Below are positions 9,075-20,687 of a stretch of 41,036 nt of DNA, piece after piece. Location: positions 1 to 41,036 of the forward strand of contig NKIB01014749.1 of NCBI GenBank assembly GCA_002256025.1, given 5' to 3'. Position 1 is the first letter of the stretch; the number at the start of each line of letters is the position of its first letter. The stretch is from Asterionella formosa (Eukaryota). Below the pieces are notes generated by a model, which worked only from the letters and a program-made list of their open reading frames with translations, was not told where the DNA came from and did no database searches. The translations under genes were made by a program, and so were the position numbers.

Positions 9075-11567
9075 TCACCTTCCAAAAGCCAAATCGCGCA
9101 ACTCGTTAGCTTTCTTCTTCTTTTTTTTGCCATCTTTGGATCCTTCCTGTTGAAGCTGAGCAGCCTGCTTGATTTGTTTCTGCTCCTTCGCCATGGCCTT
9201 GGTGGCAGTTCCAACTGACGCTCCTTGATTTGCCGCAGCAACAGCAACACTTCCTTTGGCCGAAGCAACAAGCAAGGTTGTTGAACTAGCGCCACTAGCC
9301 CAGGCACTTGGTTTCTTACTACCCGACAGGCTGGGATACAACTTGCTGCGAGCTACCGATGGAACGGTGACGCCACCATAGTGGACCTTGCTAGCAGCCG
9401 AAGGAGGTGCGTGCCAATTCGCCGCCGAAGATACGGATTCAGCAGTCCTGGTGGCTGTCTTGACGGTTGCTGGTGGAACAGACCCCCAACTTGATTCTGA
9501 TACCTTGACTATTGTCGACTGATTAGATGTACGAAGTTGATCCATGTACCGGAGAGCGCGATTAGCATTCGCTTCATTGGGGCAGCTCATCAAAAGAGTG
9601 GGAACAAACGTCCAAAAGTCGTTATCACCATATCCATTCTCGAATAGACTTGCCGCATGGTCTACATATGCGTCGGGAGCAATCGCGTCAACTGCAAATT
9701 CCTTGGTTAGATTTTTGAGTTCCTTGTATCTTGTAGGTCCAAGCTTGGCCTTTAATTTGTCCACTGTCCCTGCTCCGTTCGACATGGACTTGGTTGGGAG
9801 TGGAGGTGGGAAATTCATATGATTCATCGCAGGTGGAGCGACTTTGGTGCCTCCAAGTACTTTTTGCCTTGCAGAAGTATTGACATTCGAAGTTGGCGGA
9901 GGTGGGAAATTGGAGGTATTCATAGCTGGTGCATGTTTCTTCGCGGCCAACTGCTGTGCTGCCTTGTATGGTTTCGGAGCAGAACTACTTGGCGCTTCCA
10001 GAGATGGAAAATTATCGGAAGCCAGATTGGATCGTGAGTTGGACGCCATTGATGATGCTAGTGCTGCTGTAGGTTTGTGGGAGGGAACGGATAAGGGTTG
10101 ATTAGAAATTGTCACAGAGGCTTGATTCCAGTTGGCACTTGTACTAGTTGCAGAAGCATTCAATTTTCGACTGCCAGAGACCGCACCAGATTTGATTTTC
10201 GTGGCATGACTCTTCTTGATCGAAGGGAGGGAAGGATATTGTTCTTGGGTGTTTGCTTGAATGCCAGGCATCCTGGCCACTCTGGAAGTTATTCCATTGC
10301 TGGTCCATCCCATTCGAAATTGTCCATCTGTCTGCATAGTAGACTGAGCCAAAGTTGGAAATGACTCCACTTCGGCTTCCAATTGTTGTCGAATCTCCTG
10401 GGCTTGTGCTCTCAGTTCTGCTGTTCGTAGTAAATGTTGTGGATGTGATGATTCCGCGGATGGTTCTCGTGGCTGCGGGAGTGATTGCGGAACAAAGGCT
10501 TGGCCGTCGACACCAAATCCAAAGTCTTGGTCTGTTGGGAGTGATTGATGGTCGTAACCACTTCCATCGTATCCCTCCCGCCTCACTCTAAATTCTAAAT
10601 TAATTTTGGTCGATCCCCCCGACACTCCATGTGTGGACATGGAATGATGTCTGAGATCCAATTCATTCTCATATACCATGAATCGTGCAGCCAAACACTG
10701 TGGGTCTTTACATAGAAAGTGTCTTTTTTCAAAGTGTTGTTCCAATGTGGTGTAGTTTCTAAAGAACTGATTGTCCAATCCCTGTTTTTCACAAACATGA
10801 CATTTGTAATGGTCCTTTCGTAAATGCAAATGCAATTGAGTCAAATCATAAAATCGTTTTGGGCGACAGAATTCACAAAGTGGATGTCCAGAAAATCCTG
10901 ACGAAATGCCATCACCAGTTTGACAATGAGTTTTAAGTTGAGTTGGAGAAAATCTTGGCAACTTGGCAACAAAGTCTCGTTTGAATTCAATGCATATTTC
11001 ACATAGGGTTTGTCGATGTTTGTTGCGAAGGTGGTCTTGTAGTGCACTGAGGGGCGTGACTTTTTTCTTTTTTTGCTGTTGCTGTTGTTGCTTTGGATTC
11101 ATAGCAGTAGGTACTACTACATCGTCATCTGGAGCAGTTCCATCATATTCCTTACAGGAAGTACATGCATATCCAAAGAGAGGTAAAATGTCTTGTTCGT
11201 AATGTTCCCTGGGAAAGAACATCCCCACATCTTCCTTGTACACAAAATTAGCACCTAATTCATTGCCCCACATGGGGTAGTCTTTAAATTGTTTTGAATC
11301 ATAAAAGGAGTCATCATCGACAATAAGCTGTTCATTCACATGTTTGCACATTGGACATGCTCGATCGGTGTGTAAATATCGCAATCGTAAATGACAGGTC
11401 CCGCATATCTCGTTATGTCCACAAGGTGCCTTAGCAGGATGTGTTAAATCAGAATAACACACGAGGCATGGATGATGATGATGATTGTTTTTGTTGTTGT
11501 TCTTGTTGGTACTACTGTTGTTGATTGTATTGTTTTTGTTAGTGTTGGTTTCGTCAAGCAACGTCAT
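9075..11567 (-). CDS. ZNF598: ZNF598/Hel2-type RING and C2H2 E3 ubiquitin ligase (ribosome quality control)
   Basis: N-terminal RING (CLVC...CGH..ICGTC.LRLR......CPMC), then C2H2 fingers with GHPLCEFC, HYKCHVC, FFRNY..LEQHF...HFLC...C and repeated FPSL/FPTL motifs in a low-complexity C-terminus. Confidence 0.92.
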   Translation of the reverse strand: MTLLDETNTNKNNTINNSSTNKNNNKNNHHHHPCLVCYSDLTHPAKAPCGHNEICGTCHLRLRYLHTDRACPMCKHVNEQLIVDDDSFYDSKQFKDYPMWGNELGANFVYKEDVGMFFPREHYEQDILPLFGYACTSCKEYDGTAPDDDVVVPTAMNPKQQQQQQKKKKVTPLSALQDHLRNKHRQTLCEICIEFKRDFVAKLPRFSPTQLKTHCQTGDGISSGFSGHPLCEFCRPKRFYDLTQLHLHLRKDHYKCHVCEKQGLDNQFFRNYTTLEQHFEKRHFLCKDPQCLAARFMVYENELDLRHHSMSTHGVSGGSTKINLEFRVRREGYDGSGYDHQSLPTDQDFGFGVDGQAFVPQSLPQPREPSAESSHPQHLLRTAELRAQAQEIRQQLEAEVESFPTLAQSTMQTDGQFRMGWTSNGITSRVARMPGIQANTQEQYPSLPSIKKSHATKIKSGAVSGSRKLNASATSTSANWNQASVTISNQPLSVPSHKPTAALASSMASNSRSNLASDNFPSLEAPSSSAPKPYKAAQQLAAKKHAPAMNTSNFPPPPTSNVNTSARQKVLGGTKVAPPAMNHMNFPPPLPTKSMSNGAGTVDKLKAKLGPTRYKELKNLTKEFAVDAIAPDAYVDHAASLFENGYGDNDFWTFVPTLLMSCPNEANANRALRYMDQLRTSNQSTIVKVSESSWGSVPPATVKTATRTAESVSSAANWHAPPSAASKVHYGGVTVPSVARSKLYPSLSGSKKPSAWASGASSTTLLVASAKGSVAVAAANQGASVGTATKAMAKEQKQIKQAAQLQQEGSKDGKKKKKKANELRDLAFGR

Positions 11568-13625
11568 GCTGTGGGGTATGACGGTGGCGGTTGTAGCTGT
11601 AAGGTACGATACTATCGGTATGGAGATTCAACAACTCCTTTGCTTGTCTTGTTTCCTGATGTTACCCTGGCTGACTTTGTAAAATTTTGGATCGATATTA
11701 AAGTTATCCGTTTTCCGTTTTCCTTTTTCAGTTTTCAGATTCAAAGTTATGTAATATTGTAACTTTCAGCTCTTCAATACCAATGGATCTCTTTCCAACA
11801 ATAGCAAAACACTATTAGCTCCAACAGCAGCAAACCGCTGGTCAACAATGAATGTAGTACTATAACAGTAATACCGGTCTATATAGATTCAGACAGGATG
11901 ATGCAAAACGATCGACGAGAAGCAACGTTGAAATTTTTTAAATGATGTTATTCTCTCTCTAATAGAGCATGCCAATCAATGAAAGTGCGAGAGTAATAAT
12001 AGCGGTATTATAGCAAATCATTGCTTTAAGTATTCTTAGAATGAGATACTGGTGCTACTATTAATCGGAGGACTGTGTGCTGACCAAGAGGAGGGATGCG
12101 AGAATCGATGCGATTCGATTTTGGGAATCGGGTAATGAGCTGTACTGTCAGAATGTGTCTGTTAGGCTGTTGATGTCGACAGGTATCCTGAGGCTAGATG
12201 TAGTCTGAGGAGTGGCTGCGCGCATCATAGAAATAGACAGCATTTATATACATACCCGAAGAATAATGATGCCAGTAAATGCAAACGAGCATCTGCAGCG
12301 CGAGAAAGATCTTGACTGGTCATTCCAGGGCAGAACTGGAGTGCACTACCCCCCTGTAATCATGATAGGAAGAAGCACCATAAATTTTAAAACTGTGCAG
12401 CAAAGTTGAGTTGAAAAAGTGGATGATAGAGTCTAGGATGGAATTCTTGGAATAATGCATATACGGTATTCAGCAATAGATTTTGTCAGCTTCAATACAA
12501 CTACAACAGTCTATGTATTAGGACAGGTAAAATGCATTCTGGTATATTACATTCTGCAAAATTATGAGATTTAGGGGCTCTTTGTTTGTTCTTCAAATGT
12601 GATGGCCAGTTTTAGCCCCCTTGAGGTGCGTGCCTCAGCAGATATTGCTTTTTTGGAGGACAAACGTCCAAATCAAAAATCACCAACTAGAAGCCAAAAC
12701 TATCTTATAACACTGCAAACTGGCATTACAAAACATCTTATAAAAGTCATCCATTCTTGTTCCACTAAATACTTGTTGTGATAGCAGATGAGAAATATCC
12801 AGACTTGCTGAGCATGACATGAATCCACAGTTTGGTTGATTTAGATGAGTACTAGTTAAGAATGTATTTACAATTTGGGGATTGCAAAACCCTATAGTAG
12901 TGCCTGGTAATCTTTCGATGCAATGAATTTATCAATGTAAGCAAGGATCCATCATCTGGCCCTGTATCTTGGCTGGATTCCCAATATGACAATGATTGAT
13001 TTGATTTATAGAGAGAGTGTGCATTCAATTACTGACAATGCTGGTTGCATGTTGTACAAAATAGAAAGATGGGCAGCAGTGAAAAATTATTCAGGACTGT
13101 TGATATGATTGTATCTTACTTAATAGAAAAGAGGTGGGGCTTAAGGTTGATTACTGGTGCTGTGGTTGTACAGGATATCACATAAGATTTAATTTACTAA
13201 TACAGTACTCCCATGTATGTTTGCATGTCATGCATAAAACTGGCATTTTTCTAACAATTCATCCTTGGATATTTGCTTCTCTAAATTAAATTTTTGATCA
13301 TGTTTCAAATAGATTTCTTTGACAATAATGGAGGAGTACCAAGTAGGAACTCTCGACCAGTTACCAGTAAGCTCGTTTCGCGTCAAAAAGTAGAGAATAT
13401 ATAATATATGTTATACAGTAAATCGTGACTAATCTATATTATAGTCGCTCAATCCAAAAATAGGTGTTTACCTACCTGAACATGTACCCACATTCATCAT
13501 TGCAGGAAAATGAATAAAATACTTGCTTGCAACCAAAAAAATGAATTTACAGTTTTTGTTAATCCCATAATCTGTTACAAGTAATAAACTTAATTGTTCA
13601 TGTCGCTTTCGCCTGATGTTCCTGC

Positions 13626-15254
13626 ATGCTGATGAATAGGATGACACAAAGCGATCCCATTCACATTGGATTCTTGGTTCTACTGTTTTTCCTATCGCCG
13701 CTGTATTTAATCCTTTCCATTGTGAGCACGCACAGCATTGATGCAACGAATAAATCTTCCCAGAATCATTTTTTTGGCCCTGGCTCGTCGTCTGGCGGCT
13801 TGATAATGGACAGCCCATCATTGCTGCTGCGGCGGCGCCGTGACAGTAATAGTCACACAAACACATCAATCAGCAAAGGAATTGTATCTATTGAGGAGGT
13901 TATATCGTTTTTAAGCGACTGGATTCACACACTGGAACACAAGTTAGTTGCACTCCAGGGCCACGACTACACCGAAATTTGGGAGGCGTACTACCAACAC
14001 GCGAAGGGAGCTCTGATACCGTGGGATGACACTTATTTAACTCAACAAATGCCCCTCCGGAGGAAGGACGGAAGTATATTCCTATCACTGGCTAGCTTTA
14101 GAGATGAAAACTGCCCCAATACACTGCACGAAGCCTATACCAAGGCGGCACAGCCAAAACTATTGTTTGTTGGGCTCGTACAACAAAATTGTTATGATCA
14201 TTGTCACTCAGGTGTACAAGCTCAAGGGGGGACTGTTTCTATACCACCCGACGATGATTGTTATGACATATTTTGCAAGGCTCATCCCAGCTATTGTCCA
14301 AATGTTCGCTTGTTACCCATGACGGAAAATGAATCGTTAGGCCCCTACGCTGCGCGCTTCTTTGCCTCCAAACTATGGTGGGGGGAATCGTGGTACATGC
14401 AAATTGATGCACATACACTATTTGTACAAAACTGGGACAGCAGTTCCATTGATATGCTCCACCAAGCACCCTCAGAAAAGCCAGTCATTTCGCATTACCC
14501 ACCAGGGCACAAAATGGATTTGACAGCCCAAGCATTGAAACCTGGTGGACGCCTTTGTGGGCCTACATTTGCTACTAACCCTACTGAAAATCAAATGATT
14601 CGATTGGAAGGTTTGGGAAGATACGATCGAACCAAAATTGATATTCCACGATTTGCCCCCTTTGTTGCTGCAGGATACTTTTTGGCACATTCCGACTTTT
14701 TGCGGGAAGTGCCATTCGATCCATTGTTGCCATGGATTTTCATGGGAGAAGAAATTATTATGAGTACACGATTATGGACATCAGGATATGACATTTTTTC
14801 ACCATCCCATGCAGTAGTTAGTCATATATACAAACGAGAACACAAACCGAAGTTTTGGGAATCCATTCATAGATTCCTACAAGGTGACCAAGGGAATCAG
14901 TTGGAAATTTTAGTGTTGAATCGGATCAAACATCAATTGGGATATCCTGAGTCAGCGAGAGATTTCATTCCCAAACAACTGGGCAAGACGTTATTGGCCC
15001 ATCTACCTCGATATGGGATGGGCAAAGTGCGGCCTCTCAAAGATTACTTAAAATCCGTCGGTCTAGACGTGATAGAAAAAGCCGTAACAATTACGAAATG
15101 GTGCGAAACTGGAAGAGTCCCCCCGGGAATGGAGCATCTTCAGCATTTATATCCTATTGAAAACTACGTTGAGGAGGAACAGGATGCGCATGCCAAAGAG
15201 AATGCTGAGAGAATAAAGGCAAGGAAGTTGACAAAGCAAGGAAGGGGGGACTGA
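13626..15254 (+). CDS. GT60-family (GlcNAc/Gnt1-like) alpha-N-acetylglucosaminyltransferase with N-terminal signal anchor
   Basis: SIFLSLASFRD..C..TL, GLVQQN, ESLGP..AR, MQIDAH (DxH), AAGY, EVPFDP.LPWIFMGEE...S.RLWTSGYDIFSP; hydrophobic segment at aa ~14-33. Confidence 0.9.
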   Translation: MLMNRMTQSDPIHIGFLVLLFFLSPLYLILSIVSTHSIDATNKSSQNHFFGPGSSSGGLIMDSPSLLLRRRRDSNSHTNTSISKGIVSIEEVISFLSDWIHTLEHKLVALQGHDYTEIWEAYYQHAKGALIPWDDTYLTQQMPLRRKDGSIFLSLASFRDENCPNTLHEAYTKAAQPKLLFVGLVQQNCYDHCHSGVQAQGGTVSIPPDDDCYDIFCKAHPSYCPNVRLLPMTENESLGPYAARFFASKLWWGESWYMQIDAHTLFVQNWDSSSIDMLHQAPSEKPVISHYPPGHKMDLTAQALKPGGRLCGPTFATNPTENQMIRLEGLGRYDRTKIDIPRFAPFVAAGYFLAHSDFLREVPFDPLLPWIFMGEEIIMSTRLWTSGYDIFSPSHAVVSHIYKREHKPKFWESIHRFLQGDQGNQLEILVLNRIKHQLGYPESARDFIPKQLGKTLLAHLPRYGMGKVRPLKDYLKSVGLDVIEKAVTITKWCETGRVPPGMEHLQHLYPIENYVEEEQDAHAKENAERIKARKLTKQGRGD

Positions 15255-15439
15255 TCAAGTACTAACGTCATTATAGCTTGAGGAACTCTTCGTATGGCAT
15301 CACAGTACCAGGTAACATACATGCATAATGGATATTAGGGTTTACTTCTATCGTTTTTCGGAAGCGGCACAGAAAAGTGAGTACACTCGGCTCTTTTTTT
15401 GATGCCCAAGTTTCCGCTTTGCAGATCGACTGCAGAGTT

Positions 15440-16780
15440 TTAGACATGCTCACTGTTACTTGTCATGGCTCGGAGCAAACTAGGTGGAACATATACCTCC
15501 GATGCGATATCCACGGCGGCTTTCTGGTTGGTGCCACTGAAGGAGGTGGTGATGCCAGGGGCAACGTCCTTGTCAACAAGTTTCTCAGCAGGCGATGAAG
15601 AGACGGCAACAGGTACTTTCTTTGACCTTGAGCTCTTGGTCCGACCAGGACTCTTGCTCGTCCGAATCTTGCCACTAGCCGACCTTTTCGGCACAGCATC
15701 TACAGCCCTTAACCCAGGTGGCGCGTAATCCGACTTCTGAGTCGCCTTGGACATCCCCCACATATTAATTCTCCTGGTAGCAGGCGGTGTAATCGAGTCC
15801 ACGGATTCGGTTGTTTTGAGGTCTCGTTCGCTTCTTTTCGCTTTTTTATGCTTTAAGCTAATAGAACTTCTGGAACCTCTAGAACTTCTGCTCTCCACAG
15901 AACTATCATCACCCAAACCAACAGTATCCTTGACATCATCAAACATACTTGTCACTACGCCCTTCACTCCACCTCCACTGGCGTTGATCTTTTCTCGCTT
16001 TCTCATCACATACGCCATTGTCAAGAGGGAAACGCCGAGAACCAAGAGAATGGAGGACAAGATACGAAAATCTCTATTGAAGGAGGCTTCAGAAAAAACT
16101 GCACTCTTGGACGCTGATGTTGTTCCCACAGCACGCCGCACTTTGCGCTTCATCCCATAGGGGTCTGGACAGTCGAGGTAGACACTCGTGTCACAGGCAG
16201 AACTGTCCAATAGCAACGTCTCCGCGGCGGATCCGTAAACATTGCTCACATCCGTCAAGGCCCGACTCGCTTGTTTGGACAAATCCCACACCTTGGTGCA
16301 GGTCACCCTATCGATTGCATAAGTGTAATCGTCTAAAGGGTCAGTATTGTTTAGAAAGTATATTCCATTGCACGTTTGATCCGAAAAGGTGGCGACAACA
16401 AAATCCCCGTCATCGGTGCACCCCATGGTCTCGTACACTTTGTTATTGTTCTTGTTGTTGTCGTTAGACTTTTCACGTCTGTTTCCATTGCTCGACTGAA
16501 CGCAGGATGATCCTGGATTGGTCCCATCATCATTGACATCCAATCCCAATGCCGACACAAAAGTGTCTGCTCCGTGGAGAGTGAAAAAGGAATTGATGTA
16601 GGTCGACTGGGAACAGCCAGAGGACATTCTGTTTCCCTTCAAGACTCCATAGAGGGAGTATGCAGCGTTGGCTCTAAACTGTACCGTTCTAGGCTGGTAC
16701 CAGGTGGAATCTCCGTCGTGAGCTTCTCCGTCGTCGTCGTACGATCCCAATCCGTATTCGCTCCACCTGAAAAAAAGAGG

Positions 16781-16818
<38 letters not shown>

Positions 16819-17088
16819 AGACAATATAAAAAGGTCGAAATGCAACAAGGGAATTTCCAGAAAGTGCATTGGAGTGCAAGGAACTTACACACAGCCATGG
16901 GATCGAACATAAAGATACTGAAACTTGGTCAGATCTACCAAGACATTGCTAGCATCGCTGTAGTACATGGAGAACCTGTCCGTATTTCCGCCGTCGTAGA
17001 GGTATGAATTGGGGTCCTTGTCCGCATGGCAGCTCGCCGATAGTAGAACCACCAGTGCAAGCACTGAGTGCATTGGAAGAAGGACCAT
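15440..17088 (-). CDS. Cys-rich type I membrane protein (~508 aa), diatom-type; exons 17088-16889 and 16766-15440
   Basis: Signal peptide (VLALVVLLSASCHA). The 122-nt GTAAGT...TTTTCAG intron (16767-16888) joins HGC-V-WSEYG in frame with the 15440..16750 ORF. Spaced Cys, RAL motif, TM ILSSILLVLGVSLLTMAYVM, then a basic Ser-rich tail. Confidence 0.85.
16787..16817. repeat. (TG)15 microsatellite inside intron
   Basis: Read directly from the sequence. Confidence 0.97.
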
Positions 17089-17745
17089 GGTCGGAGAACT
17101 GGTCTATAATATGGCCGTCAGGACGGATCAGATTTTGTTGGAAATGGTATTGTCGTCCACCCATGTATTATTTATATATTATCATTATTGAATATTTATC
17201 AATGCTCGTTTGATTTGTCGAAGCGGGTATCACGAAAAATATGCTTGCGGGCGATTTCAACCGAAACAAATATTTATCTATCACTGAATGTGTTCCCGGA
17301 AAACCAATTCTCCGAGCCTTCAACCGATGTACTATAGAGAATTGAGGAGCTCTACAGTTAATTGCAAGTTTTCCGATCTCGATTCATGCATAATTGAATC
17401 AGTCAGATTTACACTCATTAAATATTTCCCGGCGAAAAATGTGTAGATTTTCTCCAAATTCGCCCGTCATTGTGTCCAACGGTTAGCATGCTGGCGCGTC
17501 ACGACTACTTCATGTACTTTGACTACCGCCGAAAAGTGTCACTCGACAAAAACTCAGTATCATCGGTTGCGACTCCGGCTAGCGCTTCCCCACTAAATAT
17601 AGTCGTCAATATCCCGGGTAAACAGATGCGCATTTTGAATCTTGGCTCCTTTCACCCTCACAACTCCTCGTAGATACAATCCCCCCTCCGCCTCCCCCAA
17701 GCACGTACAAGCACCTCCCCAAGCAACTGACCAACCATCTTCGCC

Positions 17746-19413
17746 ATGAGAAGTGGTAAACAATTGTCCTTGTTGCTTTTGACAGCCGTCACTATATGTG
17801 AAGCTGCTTCAAAGTTGCGTTACATTCCGAAAACAGAATTGCCCAGCGAGAATGGTTGGATTTCACTCGACCCAAAAACGGAATTTCTCCCTGCAACCAC
17901 GACCAATGAGAACGTTCGAGCGGCAGCACGTCACTTGGCAACTAGCAGCGGTATGAGTCCCTATGATAGTCAGCCCTTTGCCAATGGGGTCGCTGACTAT
18001 TCATCCTATCAACAAGCATGGAGAATGTTGGGATTTATGATTGATTGCGACGTTGTCAATAGTGGCGAAGGGAACAGTGCAGATAGGCGAAATGGACATA
18101 CAGTGACGGCAGAAGGGTGCCAGCGATATGTCGTGTGGGCAGCGGTACGTATACGCGTGAATCGACACTGACTTGGGACCATGGGGCATTTTACTCACCC
18201 ACTCGGACCTCAATCCTCGTTCAGTACGTGGATGAGGCTTATGAAGGAGGAGGAATTGGAGAGTACCAGTTCTGGAATCAAGCTAATCAGGAGTGGGATA
18301 CAACGCCATGCAACTATGGAAGTTACAACAATAACAACAACAATAACAAGAACAACAATAATAACAACAGCGGTGAGAAGCGCTGCGCGAAGATGGATTG
18401 CCATTTGGAAGATACACATTGGACGATGCTTGGGTTTTTCAAGCACATGTCATACAATGATTGGTTTGGACAATTGTTCAAGCATGAAGGATATTGTATA
18501 TGGGACTCCGATCAGTACTCGTTCATGAAGAATGCAAAAGGCGCTTGGCCTGGAGGATGCACCCAGTCGGACAAGTATATTGGCAACGACGAATCAAAGC
18601 CTATATACTATGATCTCAAACCCACTTCCGGTGGTGGCATTACGGTTGGGCTCTATACAGATACAAAATGTGTCAAGGAGTATTCAAGTAAGGGATCGAC
18701 TGACGCTTATACCATTGAAAGTGTGTTGGGCAATTTCTTGATGAACAACCGAGGAGGGCACAGTCACGACAACAACGATAATCAGCAGCAGTCTGATTTG
18801 TCTCTGTCAGAAGCAATGTCAATGTGGGACGAGTATTTCAGTATCTATAAAATTTGTCAACCGTGTGTTGCCCATGATCTTGACAACGTTGGGTACAATG
18901 GTGGTGACAAGGGATCTGCCTACGGAACGTATACTTATGGCAACGATGATTATTATAGTTATTACAATAAGGGGGCTGACTTTGACTGCTATGATGATGC
19001 TGGATATACCAATGTGAATCAGGTACGTGTATTGGTTTGCCCCATTATGTATAATTGTGTTGGTCATTGTGCACTCACCATTCGAATGCCTTTTGGATCT
19101 TGTTTGATAGTGCATGAAATTCATGGCCAAGACCTACATGGAAACTGCCACGTATCGTGACTTGGCTTTGGCGAAGACTCAAAATACATTTGTGGACAAC
19201 CCAGTGCATTCATATTACTCCTACACCTCGATTTCTGAGAGTTCAAAACCGACTGCCAAAGTTGAGCGTGCGAAAGGAGTTTTTATCACATGCTGTTTTT
19301 TCATCATTTCCTCTATTGTCCTTGCCTTTGGCATGTACTCCATTTCCAAGGTTCGCAAAGAAATGAGGGAGTCGGCTCAATTTTCCATGTCAAATCCTCT
19401 TGTAATGTCGTAG
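17746..19413 (+). CDS. Cys-rich, Asn-rich type I membrane protein (~499 aa), diatom-type; exons 17746-18144, 18225-19022, 19111-19413
   Basis: Signal peptide and RHL (RXL) site. Two GTACGT...AG introns (80 and 88 nt) join three ORF segments in frame (VVWAA-YVDE; YTNVNQ-CMKF). Poly-Asn tract; C-terminal TM with a short tail. Confidence 0.88.
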
Positions 19414-20045
19414 TATTAACTTTTACATTATTACATGGCCAGGTTATGATGTAGCAATACAGTTGGTTCAGTACCGGTAATGTTACTCTTGAATTCATTA
19501 GAGCCTGCTGAGTGCAATGGCAAGGAACTCCTTGACTCCATTCTTCAAAGGCAACGGTTGTTGATTTTACGAATATCATTGTGCACTGCAGGATTTAAAC
19601 TAGCTCGAATGATTAATTTACATTCAGCTACCCTTTTTCTTGCTTGTCGTCAACTGCTTCCTTTCTGGAGGTACTTCTTGTGCCACCTCATAATCTTTCT
19701 CACATCCCGGCATGGGGGCTTATTCTTATTCCTGCTTTCCTGAAACATCTACTACTAGAACTGCTTGGACTCGTGATAAATTTTGTTCTTTTGATAGTTT
19801 ACTACATTCAAGATCTGATGGCCAAGTGGATACCAAATAAAATATTTCTTTAACTTTATGAGAAGCAATTGAATCTTGAAAAAGACTTTTTTCATTGCAA
19901 CTATTGCCTGACTTGACAGACAACAAGTTCTTGTTGAAACACATGCATACATATATAGATAGACCCTCTCAAACACATCACATTGTATGAAAACCCCATG
20001 TTCTTGTTTCACAATACTACTGCTTTTGAGTGAGAAACAAAAAGA

Positions 20046-20687
20046 TTATGGGATTGGTTCTTCTTCTGGTTCAGGGTCCTTGGGTTCATCTTTCTCAGTG
20101 GTAGGTGATGTTTGATTGTCCACACCAGTTTCAGCAACAGCGTTTGAGGATGGTGCTATCAACAAAATCATCCCCGCAAACCACCAAAACACAAGAGCAG
20201 AAATATTAAGTTTGGCGCCCCACCCGAGGGAACATTTTTCATCATACAAGAGGTATGATAAATCCGTCATGACCTCACTTGCCTTGCAAGCATTGGAACT
20301 AAGAATGAATAAGCAAAATCCTTGGAACAAGGCTGTAATTTGAAGCAACCAGCCTGCCTGCTTTTTCCAACTAACCACCTGGGTACATGGACAGATCAAC
20401 AACATGACAATGACCCCAAATATGGGTGCAAGGACAGCAAATGCTCGTGCCGTCTTCCAATATGGATCAATATCAATGGAATTTGAGTAGGAAACACAAG
20501 TCTGTCCGACATAAAGATTGTTATTGATGATACTGATTGAAACCTGCTGTTGCAACCACATACCAAAGGCCCGGTTCGGGATATTTGACGTAAGGGAGTT
20601 GAACTTAATTGTCTCACAAAAGGTATTTCCAAGAAGAGAGAACAGAAACGCCATGCCAACAAAAACCAATGGGACTACATTAAACAT
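20046..20687 (-). CDS. Four-TM claudin/PMP22-like membrane protein
   Basis: ATG at 20687 (MFNVVPL); four hydrophobic segments; FGMW motif and Cys residues in loop 1, WKTARAF before TM2, C...C.LGWG before TM4; acidic tail. An upstream exon cannot be excluded. Confidence 0.75.
   Translation of the reverse strand: MFNVVPLVFVGMAFLFSLLGNTFCETIKFNSLTSNIPNRAFGMWLQQQVSISIINNNLYVGQTCVSYSNSIDIDPYWKTARAFAVLAPIFGVIVMLLICPCTQVVSWKKQAGWLLQITALFQGFCLFILSSNACKASEVMTDLSYLLYDEKCSLGWGAKLNISALVFWWFAGMILLIAPSSNAVAETGVDNQTSPTTEKDEPKDPEPEEEPIP

Noticed and set aside
12400..13200. CpG-poor stretch resembling decayed coding or TE sequence (similar stretches at 19430-20040 and 37100-37890)
   Set aside because: No recognisable protein motif or termini by eye; needs tBLASTx or RepeatMasker.
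13206..13338. Stowaway-like MITE (TACTCCCAT...ATGGAGGAGTA)
   Set aside because: The inverted match is only ~6-9 bp and imperfect, which is insufficient.
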